This document shows positions 9,119 to 17,821 of a DNA stretch of 64,000 nt, piece by piece. A model generated the notes under the pieces. That model searched no databases. It worked only from the letters and a program-made list of their open reading frames with translations, and was not told the origin of the DNA. The position numbers and the translations under genes were made by a program. Origin of the DNA: Candidatus Latescibacterota bacterium. Lineage in GTDB: Bacteria; Latescibacterota; UBA2968; GCA-2709665. How positions within the stretch are numbered: position 1 is the stretch's first letter; each line of letters starts with the position of its first letter. Location of the stretch: positions 832,001-896,000 of the forward strand of contig OZ244744.1 in the NCBI GenBank assembly GCA_965219455.1, written 5' to 3'.

Positions 9119-10030
9119 TTATATGCCCGCGAACCAATCCGACCGGATGCGTACCTTCTCAATCATCTCGGTTTCGACGCCAAGGTTATTTTCTTTGAGC
9201 AAATCACAAAGGCGATCCCCGTCGATCAAGTCAATGGCAATCGCACCGTCACGGGTGGCTTCGTCTGACGCCTGACTGGTGAAATGGCCCGTCGTGATAA
9301 ACAAGCCTTTGTCGGCGCGTCCCTGCAATGCCCCACGAAAATCCCTGATTTCCTTCGAACCAACGCTCCCTTTCCAGCGCTTACACTGGAAAAAGATCTG
9401 GAATGACACAAGGTTTACGCGTAGTACGCCGACACCATCGATTCCCCCATCACTGGATTTTCCACGCACTTCGACTTTGGTAAACCCTGCTTCACGTAAT
9501 AGACGCTGTGACAACCGCTCAAAACCTTCTGGCGGCATATCACCCAACACGGCCAAGAGCATCGACTTCCAGTCCTCAACTTCCTCGATGCTTTCACCGA
9601 TCGAGTCACCGTCTTCTGTCTTTAAGGCTTAATCGGCCAATCGCTTGATGCGTCGCCGTTCACGTTCTTCTTGGGAGACGTGTTCATGAATCGCATCGGT
9701 CTGAGCACGCGTTGTGATCACCGAACTGCTTTCTGTTAGGGCCCATATTCCACGCGAAGAATTCACCAGTGCATTGCCGCGTTTGAGGTAGGTACGTGCC
9801 CAAGCGAGGTAGTAGTTTACCCGCGGAAGATTTGGGTTCTGCGTCATAGTGAATGATTGCTCGGCCTCGGTCACCCCTTCCAGTTCGATCACTTTTTCAT
9901 CCAGTTCCTGAATGGTGGCCGAACCGCCCAAATCCCTAAGGGCCTCGACCGTGACCAACATCATTCCGGGCAGATCGGGTAGGTGTTCCGCGTCGATTTC
10001 AAAACGCCTTTTCATCGTTCTGTTAGTCAT
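9119..10030 (-). pseudogene. mrr: Mrr restriction endonuclease split by an in-frame TAA at 9629-9631
   Basis: Mrr_N (LAWARTYLK..RGIWALT) and Mrr_cat (FERL, DGGIDG, FQCKRW, GLFITTG, LIDGDRL) in one frame: LAD*ALKTEDG. Confidence 0.88.
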
Positions 10031-10185
10031 TGGTGTCCCCACAAAAGACATTATTGAATGGTCCAAATAGCAAGTCGTGTTAAGCGGCAGCGATCCGTCG
10101 ACCGCTGCCGGTGAAGGCGTGTTCGGGAACATCCGACGAATCTATTCGACGAACCGGCGCGGGTGTTCGTAATTCAACTGCGGGC

Positions 10186-10277
10186 ACTCGCGGCCCGCCT
10201 CGAAGTCCGCCCTGCGATGCTCCCAGGTCTCTTGCAGGTTGAGCCAGAGCTGAGGCGTTATCCCAAAAAAACGCACC
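10186..10277 (-). pseudogene. C-terminal remnant of a higA antitoxin
   Basis: RFFGITPQLWLNLQETWEHRRADFEAGRE, similar to the 10960-11265 protein (RYFGTTPQLWLNLQTTWELRRAEIEAGRE). Confidence 0.8.
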
Positions 10278-10292
10278 GCCGCAAGTCCGGGT

Positions 10293-10616
10293 TCACGCGA
10301 ATCTCAGATCCGCCTGGCGCTTAGCGTCGCCACGTACCCGGCGGGCTTGCGCAAGCTCATAACTCGCCTGCATCCGCATCCAGTGATCGGCGGTACCCCA
10401 GCCGATATCCTCCAGCGCGAGCGCCATGTTCGCGGACACCCCCGTCCTGCCGTTCAACAAGCGCGATAGCGTGCCGCGCTCGCAGCCGAGGCGCGCCGCC
10501 GTCTGCGTGACGTTCGAGCCAACCTCTTCCATGCCCTCTCGGATCAGTTCGCCCAGGTGCGGAGGGTTCAACATGGGGCCGACACGATTGCTTTCAATGT
10601 CGTTCATGGTCAACAC
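10293..10616 (-). CDS. higA: HigA-family antitoxin (HTH-XRE)
   Basis: NPPHLGELIRE, TLSRLLNGRTGVSANMALAL, WMRMQASYEL. Confidence 0.88.
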   Translation of the reverse strand: MLTMNDIESNRVGPMLNPPHLGELIREGMEEVGSNVTQTAARLGCERGTLSRLLNGRTGVSANMALALEDIGWGTADHWMRMQASYELAQARRVRGDAKRQADLRFA

Positions 10617-10626
10617 TCCCGTCCGG

Positions 10627-10722
10627 TCAGTGATAATCGATCAGGTCCACGTCCACGACCTCGCCGTCCTCAAAACGGAACACCACACGCCAGTTGCCGG
10701 TGACGCTAACGCTCCACTCGGC
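10627..10722 (-). pseudogene. C-terminal fragment of a HigB/RelE toxin
   Basis: WSVSVTGNWRVVFRFEDGEVVDVDLIDYH; no HigB-like N-terminus upstream. Confidence 0.8.
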
Positions 10723-10894
10723 CGCAAGCGTCCGCTTTGCCATCACGACCGCCGACCGCATTGCGCAGCGGCAACTTGTGTGCGGGCTCGCACGGATCGG
10801 CGTAAACATTCGTTTCAGAGGCACAACGATCGGATCAGCGGAGCATTTGAAAAGCCCGGAGACGAAATTCGGACGCCCTTCGACGGTTGGTTCT

Positions 10895-10927
10895 CACACC
10901 CCGATCACGTACAAAAATGGCCCCGTG
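10895..10927. repeat. 33-bp core repeat copy B
   Basis: CACACCCCGATCACGTACAAAAATGGCCCCGTG, identical to 11769-11801. Confidence 0.92.
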
Positions 10928-10959
10928 CAGTCAGTGGCAGGCAATTGGCCATCACATTC

Positions 10960-11265
10960 CTACTGCACCGCTTGACGGGGCGTTACGCTTGCAGCGATCT
11001 CGCGGCCAGCCTCGATCTCCGCCCTGCGAAGCTCCCATGTCGTTTGCAGGTTGAGCCAAAGCTGAGGCGTCGTCCCAAAGTAGCGCGCCAGCCTCAACGC
11101 CGAGTCTGCGCTCACCCCACGTCGGCCGTTCAGAATCATCGTGATGCGATTCACCGACACTCCCAGTGCCTTCGCCAGGGCGTTGGCCGACAGCCCGAGC
11201 GCGTCGAGTTCGTCGCGGAGTATCTCACCCGGATGAACCGGTCTCATCCCATTCTTCGCGTTCAT
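10960..11265 (-). CDS. higA: HigA-family antitoxin
   Basis: MRPVHPGEILRDEL, LAKALGV, RLARYFGTTPQLWLNLQ; GAGAGG RBS. Confidence 0.93.
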   Translation of the reverse strand: MNAKNGMRPVHPGEILRDELDALGLSANALAKALGVSVNRITMILNGRRGVSADSALRLARYFGTTPQLWLNLQTTWELRRAEIEAGREIAASVTPRQAVQ

Positions 11266-11276
11266 GTTCGCGCCTC

Positions 11277-11555
11277 TCAGTGGTAGTCCTCGATCTCCAC
11301 GTCGCACGCCCCATCGTCCGTCCAGCGGAAACAGATGCGCCATTGCTCGTTGATCCGGATGCTGTGTTGGCCGGCCCGGTCCCCACGCAACGCTTCGAGC
11401 CGATTGCTCGGCAATGCGGCGAGATCCCCAAGTGTCTCCGCGTTGGCCAGAAGGGTCAGTCGGCGGGCGGCCTGATTCGAGAAACCGTGAAACGCCGGGA
11501 CCCGCTTACCCTCGAAGAAACGTCTTGTATCCCGATCCTTGAAGCTCCGTATCAT
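11277..11555 (-). CDS. higB: HigB-family (RelE/ParE) toxin
   Basis: MIRSFKD, PSNRLEALRGDRAGQHSIRINEQWRICFRW, EIEDYH; toxin-before-antitoxin order. Confidence 0.93.
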   Translation of the reverse strand: MIRSFKDRDTRRFFEGKRVPAFHGFSNQAARRLTLLANAETLGDLAALPSNRLEALRGDRAGQHSIRINEQWRICFRWTDDGACDVEIEDYH

Positions 11556-11563
11556 GGGCGACG

Positions 11564-11592
11564 AATGTAACCTCTGTTACGGCTCCCTTCAA
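11564..11592 (-). promoter_or_regulatory. higBA promoter with a palindromic, probably autoregulatory operator
   Basis: TTGAAG-17 nt-TACATT ending 8 nt before the ATG; GTAAC-CTCT-GTTAC at 11567-11580. Confidence 0.6.
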
Positions 11593-11763
11593 TGCATCTC
11601 ACCGTCTTGCAAAAGGCGTTGATTCCGCCAGTGTCGCCGCCGACCCATGTGGACTGGTACGACGATGCTGCGCTGCTCTCGTTAATTTCGGTATGGCATG
11701 TACGGAAAACATTCGAACATCATTTGAGCAATACGGAAACGCGATTCAAAACCCGTCGGCGTT

Positions 11764-11905
11764 TGGAACACACCCCGATCACGTACAAAAATGGCCCCGT
11801 GTTGCCCGGGACCAAGCAGCAGGAAACAATATATGCTGACGACCGGCGTTGTCAAGCGCAAACGGCGGAAGCAGCGAAAGCAGCGAAAGCAGCGATCAGC
11901 GATCA
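11764..11905. repeat. Direct repeat copy C (right boundary of islet), with duplicated TTGACA-16-TATATT promoter
   Basis: Near-identical to 5511-5640. Confidence 0.9.
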
Positions 11906-11923
11906 GCGGTCAGTCTTCAGCCG

Positions 11924-12011
11924 TCAGCTAAAACCTGTTTACGTAATAGTCCGTGACGTCTATCGGCGATGTCCGCGCCAGCAAGCGGGCAACCACAAGG
12001 GTTGCCCCTAC
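11924..12011. repeat. Dispersed ~88-bp element ending in a GTAG-type REP hairpin (copy 1)
   Basis: TCAGCT..GGGCAACCACAAGGGTTGCCCCTAC; preceded by TCAGCGA-like heptamers. Confidence 0.8.
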
Positions 12012-12383
12012 AAAAGCGATGTTGGCGCTCCAAGGGCTGGAAGCCCTCGGTCGTGGGGACCTCTCCCCCCGGCCCTCTCCCGAGGGAGAGAGGGAGACAG
12101 CGGGCAGGTCTATACGGAAACAAACGCAGTACGGAATGGCCTGCGGCTCCACGGGATTTGCTACAGCCCACAAACTGCCAGGTTGTGGTACGACCGGGCT
12201 ATTCTGGTCGGAGGTGTCAATTTCACTATCCATTGACTGACTGGATTGGCGATTTGTACGTCCAACCCCGGTACCCATTTCCATTCAACACACCGTCCGT
12301 ACAAAAATCATCGACGGAAGCCGATAGCACTTCCGCCGATACAGATTCGGTCTGATTCGGGACGACTGCCATTTCGGCCCCGA

Positions 12384-13139
12384 CTATCCCGCCGCGAGTT
12401 GACCCTCCGCTTCCGGTATTTCGACGTCCATCAACGGTACGTGCATACCGCATTCCGATTTGGACGTTCCCGCCCAGCGGCCCGCGCGTTCGTCGGCGCC
12501 GGGCGCTGCCGGCCGGGTGCAGGGCCAACAGCCGATGCTTGAATAGCCCTGGTCCATGAGCGAATTGTACGGCAGATCCTTTTCAATGATGTAATCCCAC
12601 ACCTGCTTCCGCGTCCAGGCGGCAAGCGGATTTATCTTGGCGACGTCCCGGCCGCCGCTGGTTCGGTAACCTTCCACGACACGTACGCCGGCCCGCGTTC
12701 CTGACTGATCTCTCCTGAGGCTGGCAATCCATCCGTTAAGACTTGCCAATTTCCGCTGCAGAGGCTCCACCTTGCGCATGCGGCAACAATGATCGGGATC
12801 ACGGTTGTACAGGTCGGGGCCGCAGACGCTATCCTGCTCGGGTACGCTCAAGCGGGGGCGTAAGGACTCGATCTCAATATCGTACCGCGCCTCAATACGC
12901 GTTTTGAGCGCAAGCGTTTCAGAAAACAGATACCCGGTGTCGATTGTAAAAACAGGAAGTTGCGGGACCACCCTTTGCGCCATATCCAAGAGAACCACGC
13001 CGCTGGCCCCGAAAGCCGTACTCATTGCCACCGCGGGACCGAGGTTTCGCCAGGCCCACTCCAGGATTTCCTCGGGCGGCGCCGCCTCCAATGCATCGGC
13101 CAACCGGCCAATCTTCTGCTGGTCGAAATCCATACACAT
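12384..13139 (-). CDS. cysH: APS reductase (CysH family, 4Fe-4S type)
   Basis: STAFG, IDTGYLFSET, CC..RKVEPL, RRDQS, SIGCWPCT, KSECGMH; the CC and CxxC pair indicates APS rather than PAPS specificity. Confidence 0.93.
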   Translation of the reverse strand: MCMDFDQQKIGRLADALEAAPPEEILEWAWRNLGPAVAMSTAFGASGVVLLDMAQRVVPQLPVFTIDTGYLFSETLALKTRIEARYDIEIESLRPRLSVPEQDSVCGPDLYNRDPDHCCRMRKVEPLQRKLASLNGWIASLRRDQSGTRAGVRVVEGYRTSGGRDVAKINPLAAWTRKQVWDYIIEKDLPYNSLMDQGYSSIGCWPCTRPAAPGADERAGRWAGTSKSECGMHVPLMDVEIPEAEGQLAAG

Positions 13140-13162
13140 CCTCTGTCGGCTTTAATTACTGT

Positions 13163-13211
13163 ATTGTTAATCAAGTTAGTCAACAATAATAAATTCATTT
13201 CTTGCTGTCAA
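13163..13211 (-). promoter_or_regulatory. cysH promoter overlapped by a 25-bp Rrf2-like palindromic operator
   Basis: Minus strand TTGACA-17 nt-TATTGT; palindrome ATTGTTAATCAAGTTAGTCAACAAT at 13163-13187. Confidence 0.6.
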
Positions 13212-13386
13212 GTCTTAAATGCAAAATTCCGATTATCCGGAAAGTCCGATAACCGGCCGGGGATAGTCGAGACTCGCACCGACGGAGTTTGAAATCACCT
13301 TGACTTTTAAGATGGGTTTTGATAACTTTCAGGCCTCAAAATTGTTGGCGTTTCGCGTCATCGTGGAACCGTCCGATCCAGGAAAC

Positions 13387-13421
13387 AAAAAAGCCCGATC
13401 TGTTGAGATCCGGGCCGTTTT
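13387..13421. terminator. Terminator downstream of tRNA-Lys, possibly bidirectional
   Basis: AAAAAAGCCCGATCT..AGATCCGGGCCGTTTT. Confidence 0.6.
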
Positions 13422-13454
13422 ATAATACAACTAATTTATTTTGAGAAAGTTAAA

Positions 13455-13526
13455 TGAGCCCGGAAGGATTTGAACCTTCGACCAACGGCTTAAAAGGCCG
13501 CTGCTCTACCCCTGAGCTACGGGCCC
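13455..13526 (-). tRNA. tRNA-Lys (UUU), CCA not encoded
   Basis: GGGCCCGTAGCTCAGGGGTAGAGCAGCGGC-CTTTTAA-GCCGTTGGTCGAAGGTTCAAATCCTTCCGGGCTCA forms a full cloverleaf. Confidence 0.97.
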
Positions 13527-13580
13527 ATTCCGTTCCCAGATCAAACTACAAAAACCGATGCACGATCGGGCAAAGTGATG

Positions 13581-13609
13581 AATATAGACAAGCCGTTCTC
13601 CCCTGTCAA
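13581..13609 (-). promoter_or_regulatory. Promoter of tRNA-Lys
   Basis: TTGACA-17 nt-TATATT. Confidence 0.7.
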
Positions 13610-13626
13610 GGAAAAGGGTTTCCGTA

Positions 13627-14862
13627 ATGATGCGCAGGCGAAGCAAGCGCCGCATGCTGAAGTGGGTACTTTGGATCACGGGAGTACTGGCGGTTATTTT
13701 TCTTGCCCTGTCGCTTATCGAGATAGACGACGTCGTCATGGCCCAGGGCATCGTAGAACCCGGTGAAAAAATCTATATCGATTCTCCGCTCAAGCGCGTT
13801 ATCGAAAGCATCCATTGTGAACCTGGAACGCCGGTGAAAGCCGGACAGCCGGTTGTCCAACTCTATAATGGCGACCTGGTCGCCTCGGTTGAAGCGGCCG
13901 AGAAGGAGATCCAGCGCAACGAAGCGAACCTGGAACATGCCAGGGCAAACCTGGCGCTGCTGAAAGAAAAACCGACCGCGGAAGCGTTGAAGATCGCGGA
14001 ATCCAGGGTCGAACATGCACGCATTGCGCTGAAAGCCCGCAAGCAGGAAATGAAGCGGGCCGAACACCTCTATCTGGGCGAGCGCCTCTGGAGCGTCGAG
14101 GAACTCGAACGCGCAAAAACGAACTGCGAACTCGCGGAAACCAACCTGAAGGTGGTTTCCGAGGTCCTGAACCTGACCCGGCGCGGCGCATCGCCTGCGG
14201 AACTTCGGCAGGGCGCGGCCGACGTTCGCCGCGCAGCGGCAGCGCTGGACAACGCCCGAAACAGTCTGAAGGCGGCGCAGGAAGGCCTGGAACTGACCAC
14301 CCTCCGGTCGCCCGTCAACGGCATTGTTGTCAGACGGGATCTGCATCCCGGCATGCTTGCCGACCAGGGGCAAATCGTACTCATTGTTGCGGGAGAGGGC
14401 GGAGGAGATACGATCGACGCCTGGGTCCCGGAAACCAACGCGTGGAAAATCCGTCTGGGACACCCCGTAGAAATCCTCAGCAATCTATTTTCCGACCGCG
14501 AGGAATTCGCCGGTAACGGCAAAATCTCCAGGATATACGGATATGCGGTACACGGCAGCGGCGTCCGAACCTTTGAGTTGGAAATTGGCATTGTGGAAAC
14601 CCCGTTGCCGCTCAAATACGGCTCTACCGCAGACCTGCGCATTATTGTGGGCAGGCGCAGCATTCTCAAATTCCTCCTGAATATCGAAGATCGCGACGTG
14701 GTCCAGGCCAGCCGGCAGGACGTCCGTAATCAGAGTGAAAGGGACAAGATTCAACCGTCGCCTTCCCGTCAGACCTTCTCCGACTCCATCACGACGACAC
14801 CCTCCCGGAACACCACGTCGGCCGATTCCGGAAGCGGCACGGCAGTGGCGCGGAAGCCCTAA
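13627..14862 (+). CDS. HlyD-family membrane fusion/secretion adaptor
   Basis: N-terminal TM helix, lipoyl halves (VKAGQPVVQL, LRSPVNGIV), long coiled coil. Confidence 0.85.
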   Translation: MMRRRSKRRMLKWVLWITGVLAVIFLALSLIEIDDVVMAQGIVEPGEKIYIDSPLKRVIESIHCEPGTPVKAGQPVVQLYNGDLVASVEAAEKEIQRNEANLEHARANLALLKEKPTAEALKIAESRVEHARIALKARKQEMKRAEHLYLGERLWSVEELERAKTNCELAETNLKVVSEVLNLTRRGASPAELRQGAADVRRAAAALDNARNSLKAAQEGLELTTLRSPVNGIVVRRDLHPGMLADQGQIVLIVAGEGGGDTIDAWVPETNAWKIRLGHPVEILSNLFSDREEFAGNGKISRIYGYAVHGSGVRTFELEIGIVETPLPLKYGSTADLRIIVGRRSILKFLLNIEDRDVVQASRQDVRNQSERDKIQPSPSRQTFSDSITTTPSRNTTSADSGSGTAVARKP

Positions 14863-14876
14863 CATTCACGACGAGG

Positions 14877-17537
14877 ATGAACATGTCGGACGCACGTACC
14901 AAATCTGAAAAATACGTCTATTTCTTCGGCGATGGCACGGCCGACGGCGACGGCGACAGACGCAATCTGCTCGGCGGGAAAGGCGCCAACCTTGCGGAAA
15001 TGTCTCGCATCGGCATTCCGGTTCCCGCAGGGTTCACCATTACCACGGACGTTTGCGCCTACTACTACGGCCACCAGAAAAATCACCCGCCTGCGCTGAA
15101 GAGCCAGGTTGTAACGAACCTGAGAAAAGTTGAGAAAGCCATGGGCGGGCGGTTCGGCGACGCCGGCAATCCGTTACTCCTGTCGGTCCGGTCGGGCGCG
15201 CGTGTCTCCATGCCCGGAATGATGGAGACCGTGCTCAACCTGGGCCTCAACGACGAAATTGCCGAGGGTCTGATTGCAAAATCCGGTAATGAACGCTTTG
15301 TCTGGGACGTGTACCGCCGCTTCATTCAAACATACGGCGACGTTGTTATGGGTGTGCAGCCGGAAGAACGCGAACACGATCCCTTCGAAGCCGCCATTGA
15401 CAGCGTAAAGGCCGAACGAGGCATCACCCTGGATACCGACCTCACGCCCAATGATCTTCGGGAACTGGTGGACGTTTTCAAGGACCTCGTCAGGAAACGC
15501 GCGGGCCGTTCTTTCCCGGACAGCCCAATGGAACAACTGTGGGGAAGCGTAAATGCCGTCTTCGATTCCTGGAACGGCAACCGGGCCATCGTCTACCGAA
15601 ACATCCACGACATACCCCATAGTTGGGGGACCGCTGTCAACGTGCAATCGATGGTCTACGGCAATATGGGCGACGACTGCGCAACGGGTGTGGCGTTCAC
15701 GCGCGACCCCTCCACCGGCGCGCGGAAATTTTACGGCGAATACCTCATCAACGCCCAGGGCGAAGACGTCGTGGCAGGGGTACGCACACCCGAGCCGGTT
15801 GCGAAGTTGAAGAAACAGTTGCCCCTTGCCTACGAAACCCTGGAGCACATTTACAAAAAGCTGGAACTGCACTACCGGGACATGCAGGACATCGAGTTTA
15901 CCGTTCAGGAAGGTGAACTCTGGATGCTGCAGACCCGAACGGGCAAGCGCACCGCGGCATCCGCGCTCAAAATAGCGGTAGACATGGTGAAAGAGGAGCT
16001 TATCACCAAAGAAGAAGCCATCGCCCGAATCGACCCCGCCCAACTCGACCACCTCCTGCACCCGACATTCGACCCCGACGCGCCCCGCGAGGTTCTGGCG
16101 TCCGGGCTTCCCGCCTCACCCGGCGCAGCCGCGGGCAAGGCGGTGTTCACAGCCGACGAAGCCGAGACGTTGGCGGCCGATGACGAAGACGCCATCCTGG
16201 TTCGCCTCGAAACCTCGCCCGAAGACATCGGAGGGATGCACGCCGCCAGGGGCATTCTCACCGCCCGCGGCGGCCAGACCAGTCACGCCGCCGTCGTGGC
16301 GCGGGGCATGGGCAAATGTTGCGTGGCCGGATGCGGAGCCATCTCGATCGATTACCAAAACGACCTGTTCACGGTCAACGGAAAGACCGTTAAGGCCGGG
16401 GACTGGATATCACTGGACGGTTCCACGGGCGAATTGATGCTCGGCCGCGTGCCCACGCGGAATCCGAAACTTTCCGGTAATTTCTCCACCATCATGAAAT
16501 GGGCGGACGAAATGCGGAAACTGAACGTGCGCACCAACGCGGATACGCCGCACGATTCTGAAGTCGCACGGAAGTTTGGCGCCGAGGGCATCGGCCTGTG
16601 CCGAACCGAACACATGTTTTTTGAAGACGACCGCATCCTGGCCGTACGTGAGATGATCCTTGCAGGCGACGAATCGGGCCGCAGAAAGGCGCTGGAAAAA
16701 CTCCTGCCCATGCAACGCGGCGACTTCGAGGGCATTTTCCAGGCCATGCGGGGCCTGCCCGTCACCATCCGGCTGCTCGACCCGCCCCTGCACGAGTTCC
16801 TGCCCCACGAGCCCGAACAGCAGCGCGAAATGGCGCGTCAGATGGGGGTTCCGCTAAAGACGATCCAGGAGAAAGTGGAGAACCTGCACGAGTTCAACCC
16901 CATGTTGGGGCATCGGGGCTGCCGCCTGGGCGTTACCTTCCCCGAGATCTACGAAATGCAGGCTCGGGCAATCTTCGAAGCGGCCGTCAACGCGCGCAGA
17001 CGGAGAATCAAGGCCATCCCCGAAATCATGATCCCCCTGGTCGGCACGGTCAAGGAATTCACCGAGCTTCGTAAAATGGTGGACCGTGTCGCCAACGAGA
17101 TCGTGGGCGGCGGGAAGGTCAAGATAGACTATCTTGTCGGCACTATGATCGAAATTCCCCGTGCGGCTCTGGTGGCGGACACCATTGCCGAATCCGCCGA
17201 TTTCTTCAGCTTCGGTACCAACGACCTCACCCAGATGACATTCGGCTTCTCCCGAGACGACGCCGGCAAATTCCTCCCTGAATACATCGAACAGGGAATC
17301 CTTGAACAGGACCCCTTCCAGAGCCTCGACCAGGTCGGCGTGGGGCAACTTGTAATTATGGGAACCGACCGCGGGCGCACCGCGCGAAAAACCCTCAAGG
17401 TAGGCATCTGCGGTGAGCATGGCGGCGACCCTGAATCGGTGAAATTCTGCCACCGGGTGGGCCTGGACTACGTCTCCTGCTCTCCGTACCGCGTGCCTAT
17501 CGCCCGCCTGGCTGCCGCTCAGGCCGCCATCGAATAG
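14877..17537 (+). CDS. ppdK: Pyruvate, phosphate dikinase
   Basis: LGGKGANLAEM, SVRSGARVSMPGMMET, GGQTSHAAVVARG, GIGLCRTEHMF, GTNDLTQ, GICGEHGGDP. Confidence 0.98.
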   Translation: MNMSDARTKSEKYVYFFGDGTADGDGDRRNLLGGKGANLAEMSRIGIPVPAGFTITTDVCAYYYGHQKNHPPALKSQVVTNLRKVEKAMGGRFGDAGNPLLLSVRSGARVSMPGMMETVLNLGLNDEIAEGLIAKSGNERFVWDVYRRFIQTYGDVVMGVQPEEREHDPFEAAIDSVKAERGITLDTDLTPNDLRELVDVFKDLVRKRAGRSFPDSPMEQLWGSVNAVFDSWNGNRAIVYRNIHDIPHSWGTAVNVQSMVYGNMGDDCATGVAFTRDPSTGARKFYGEYLINAQGEDVVAGVRTPEPVAKLKKQLPLAYETLEHIYKKLELHYRDMQDIEFTVQEGELWMLQTRTGKRTAASALKIAVDMVKEELITKEEAIARIDPAQLDHLLHPTFDPDAPREVLASGLPASPGAAAGKAVFTADEAETLAADDEDAILVRLETSPEDIGGMHAARGILTARGGQTSHAAVVARGMGKCCVAGCGAISIDYQNDLFTVNGKTVKAGDWISLDGSTGELMLGRVPTRNPKLSGNFSTIMKWADEMRKLNVRTNADTPHDSEVARKFGAEGIGLCRTEHMFFEDDRILAVREMILAGDESGRRKALEKLLPMQRGDFEGIFQAMRGLPVTIRLLDPPLHEFLPHEPEQQREMARQMGVPLKTIQEKVENLHEFNPMLGHRGCRLGVTFPEIYEMQARAIFEAAVNARRRRIKAIPEIMIPLVGTVKEFTELRKMVDRVANEIVGGGKVKIDYLVGTMIEIPRAALVADTIAESADFFSFGTNDLTQMTFGFSRDDAGKFLPEYIEQGILEQDPFQSLDQVGVGQLVIMGTDRGRTARKTLKVGICGEHGGDPESVKFCHRVGLDYVSCSPYRVPIARLAAAQAAIE

Positions 17538-17743
17538 CCGAATCCGCCTGACCGGGGTACGTGGTTCCGTCCTCCTTCTCGCCAGCCCGATCGGACCGTA
17601 AGACGGGGGCCCGCCTCCGGCTGCGGTTTCCCCCGACATTCTCGTTTCAGCGTTTTCCATCGGCGGTTTTCGGCCGATCGGAAAACGCGGCTCCGGATGC
17701 GTATCGACGGGCGGGCCAGCGATGGCTCCCGGCCGCGCGACGC

Positions 17744-17772
17744 TTGATTTTCGATCCTCGATAGCCTATATT
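17744..17772 (+). promoter_or_regulatory. Putative parA promoter
   Basis: TTGATT-17 nt-TATATT. Confidence 0.5.
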
Positions 17773-17821
17773 TTCACGGTATTTTCAGGCGGGCGCGACG
17801 CCGCTCGCGGGTTTTGCATTT

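Noticed and set aside
10066-10127. attC-like imperfect palindrome upstream of mrr (minus strand CCCGAAC..GCTTAAC)
   Set aside because: R' box is not GTT, spacings are off, single copy and no IntI; at most a degenerate relic (IntegronFinder would test it)
11166-11570. Plus-strand 134-aa ORF, and similarly 10426-11286
   Set aside because: Antisense shadows of the hig genes
5516-11801. Three 33-bp repeats as a CRISPR array
   Set aside because: Separated by about 0.84 and 5.3 kb of gene-containing DNA; no cas genes
11592-12236. ORFs 11592-12236 and 5504-5971 sharing TPITYKNGPVLPGTKQQ
   Set aside because: The shared peptide is a translation of the promoter repeat; frames diverge immediately after and run through REP and heptamer repeats
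13455-13526. tRNA-Lys as the integration site of the defence islet
   Set aside because: No duplicated tRNA 3' end found, and cysH lies between the tRNA and the islet
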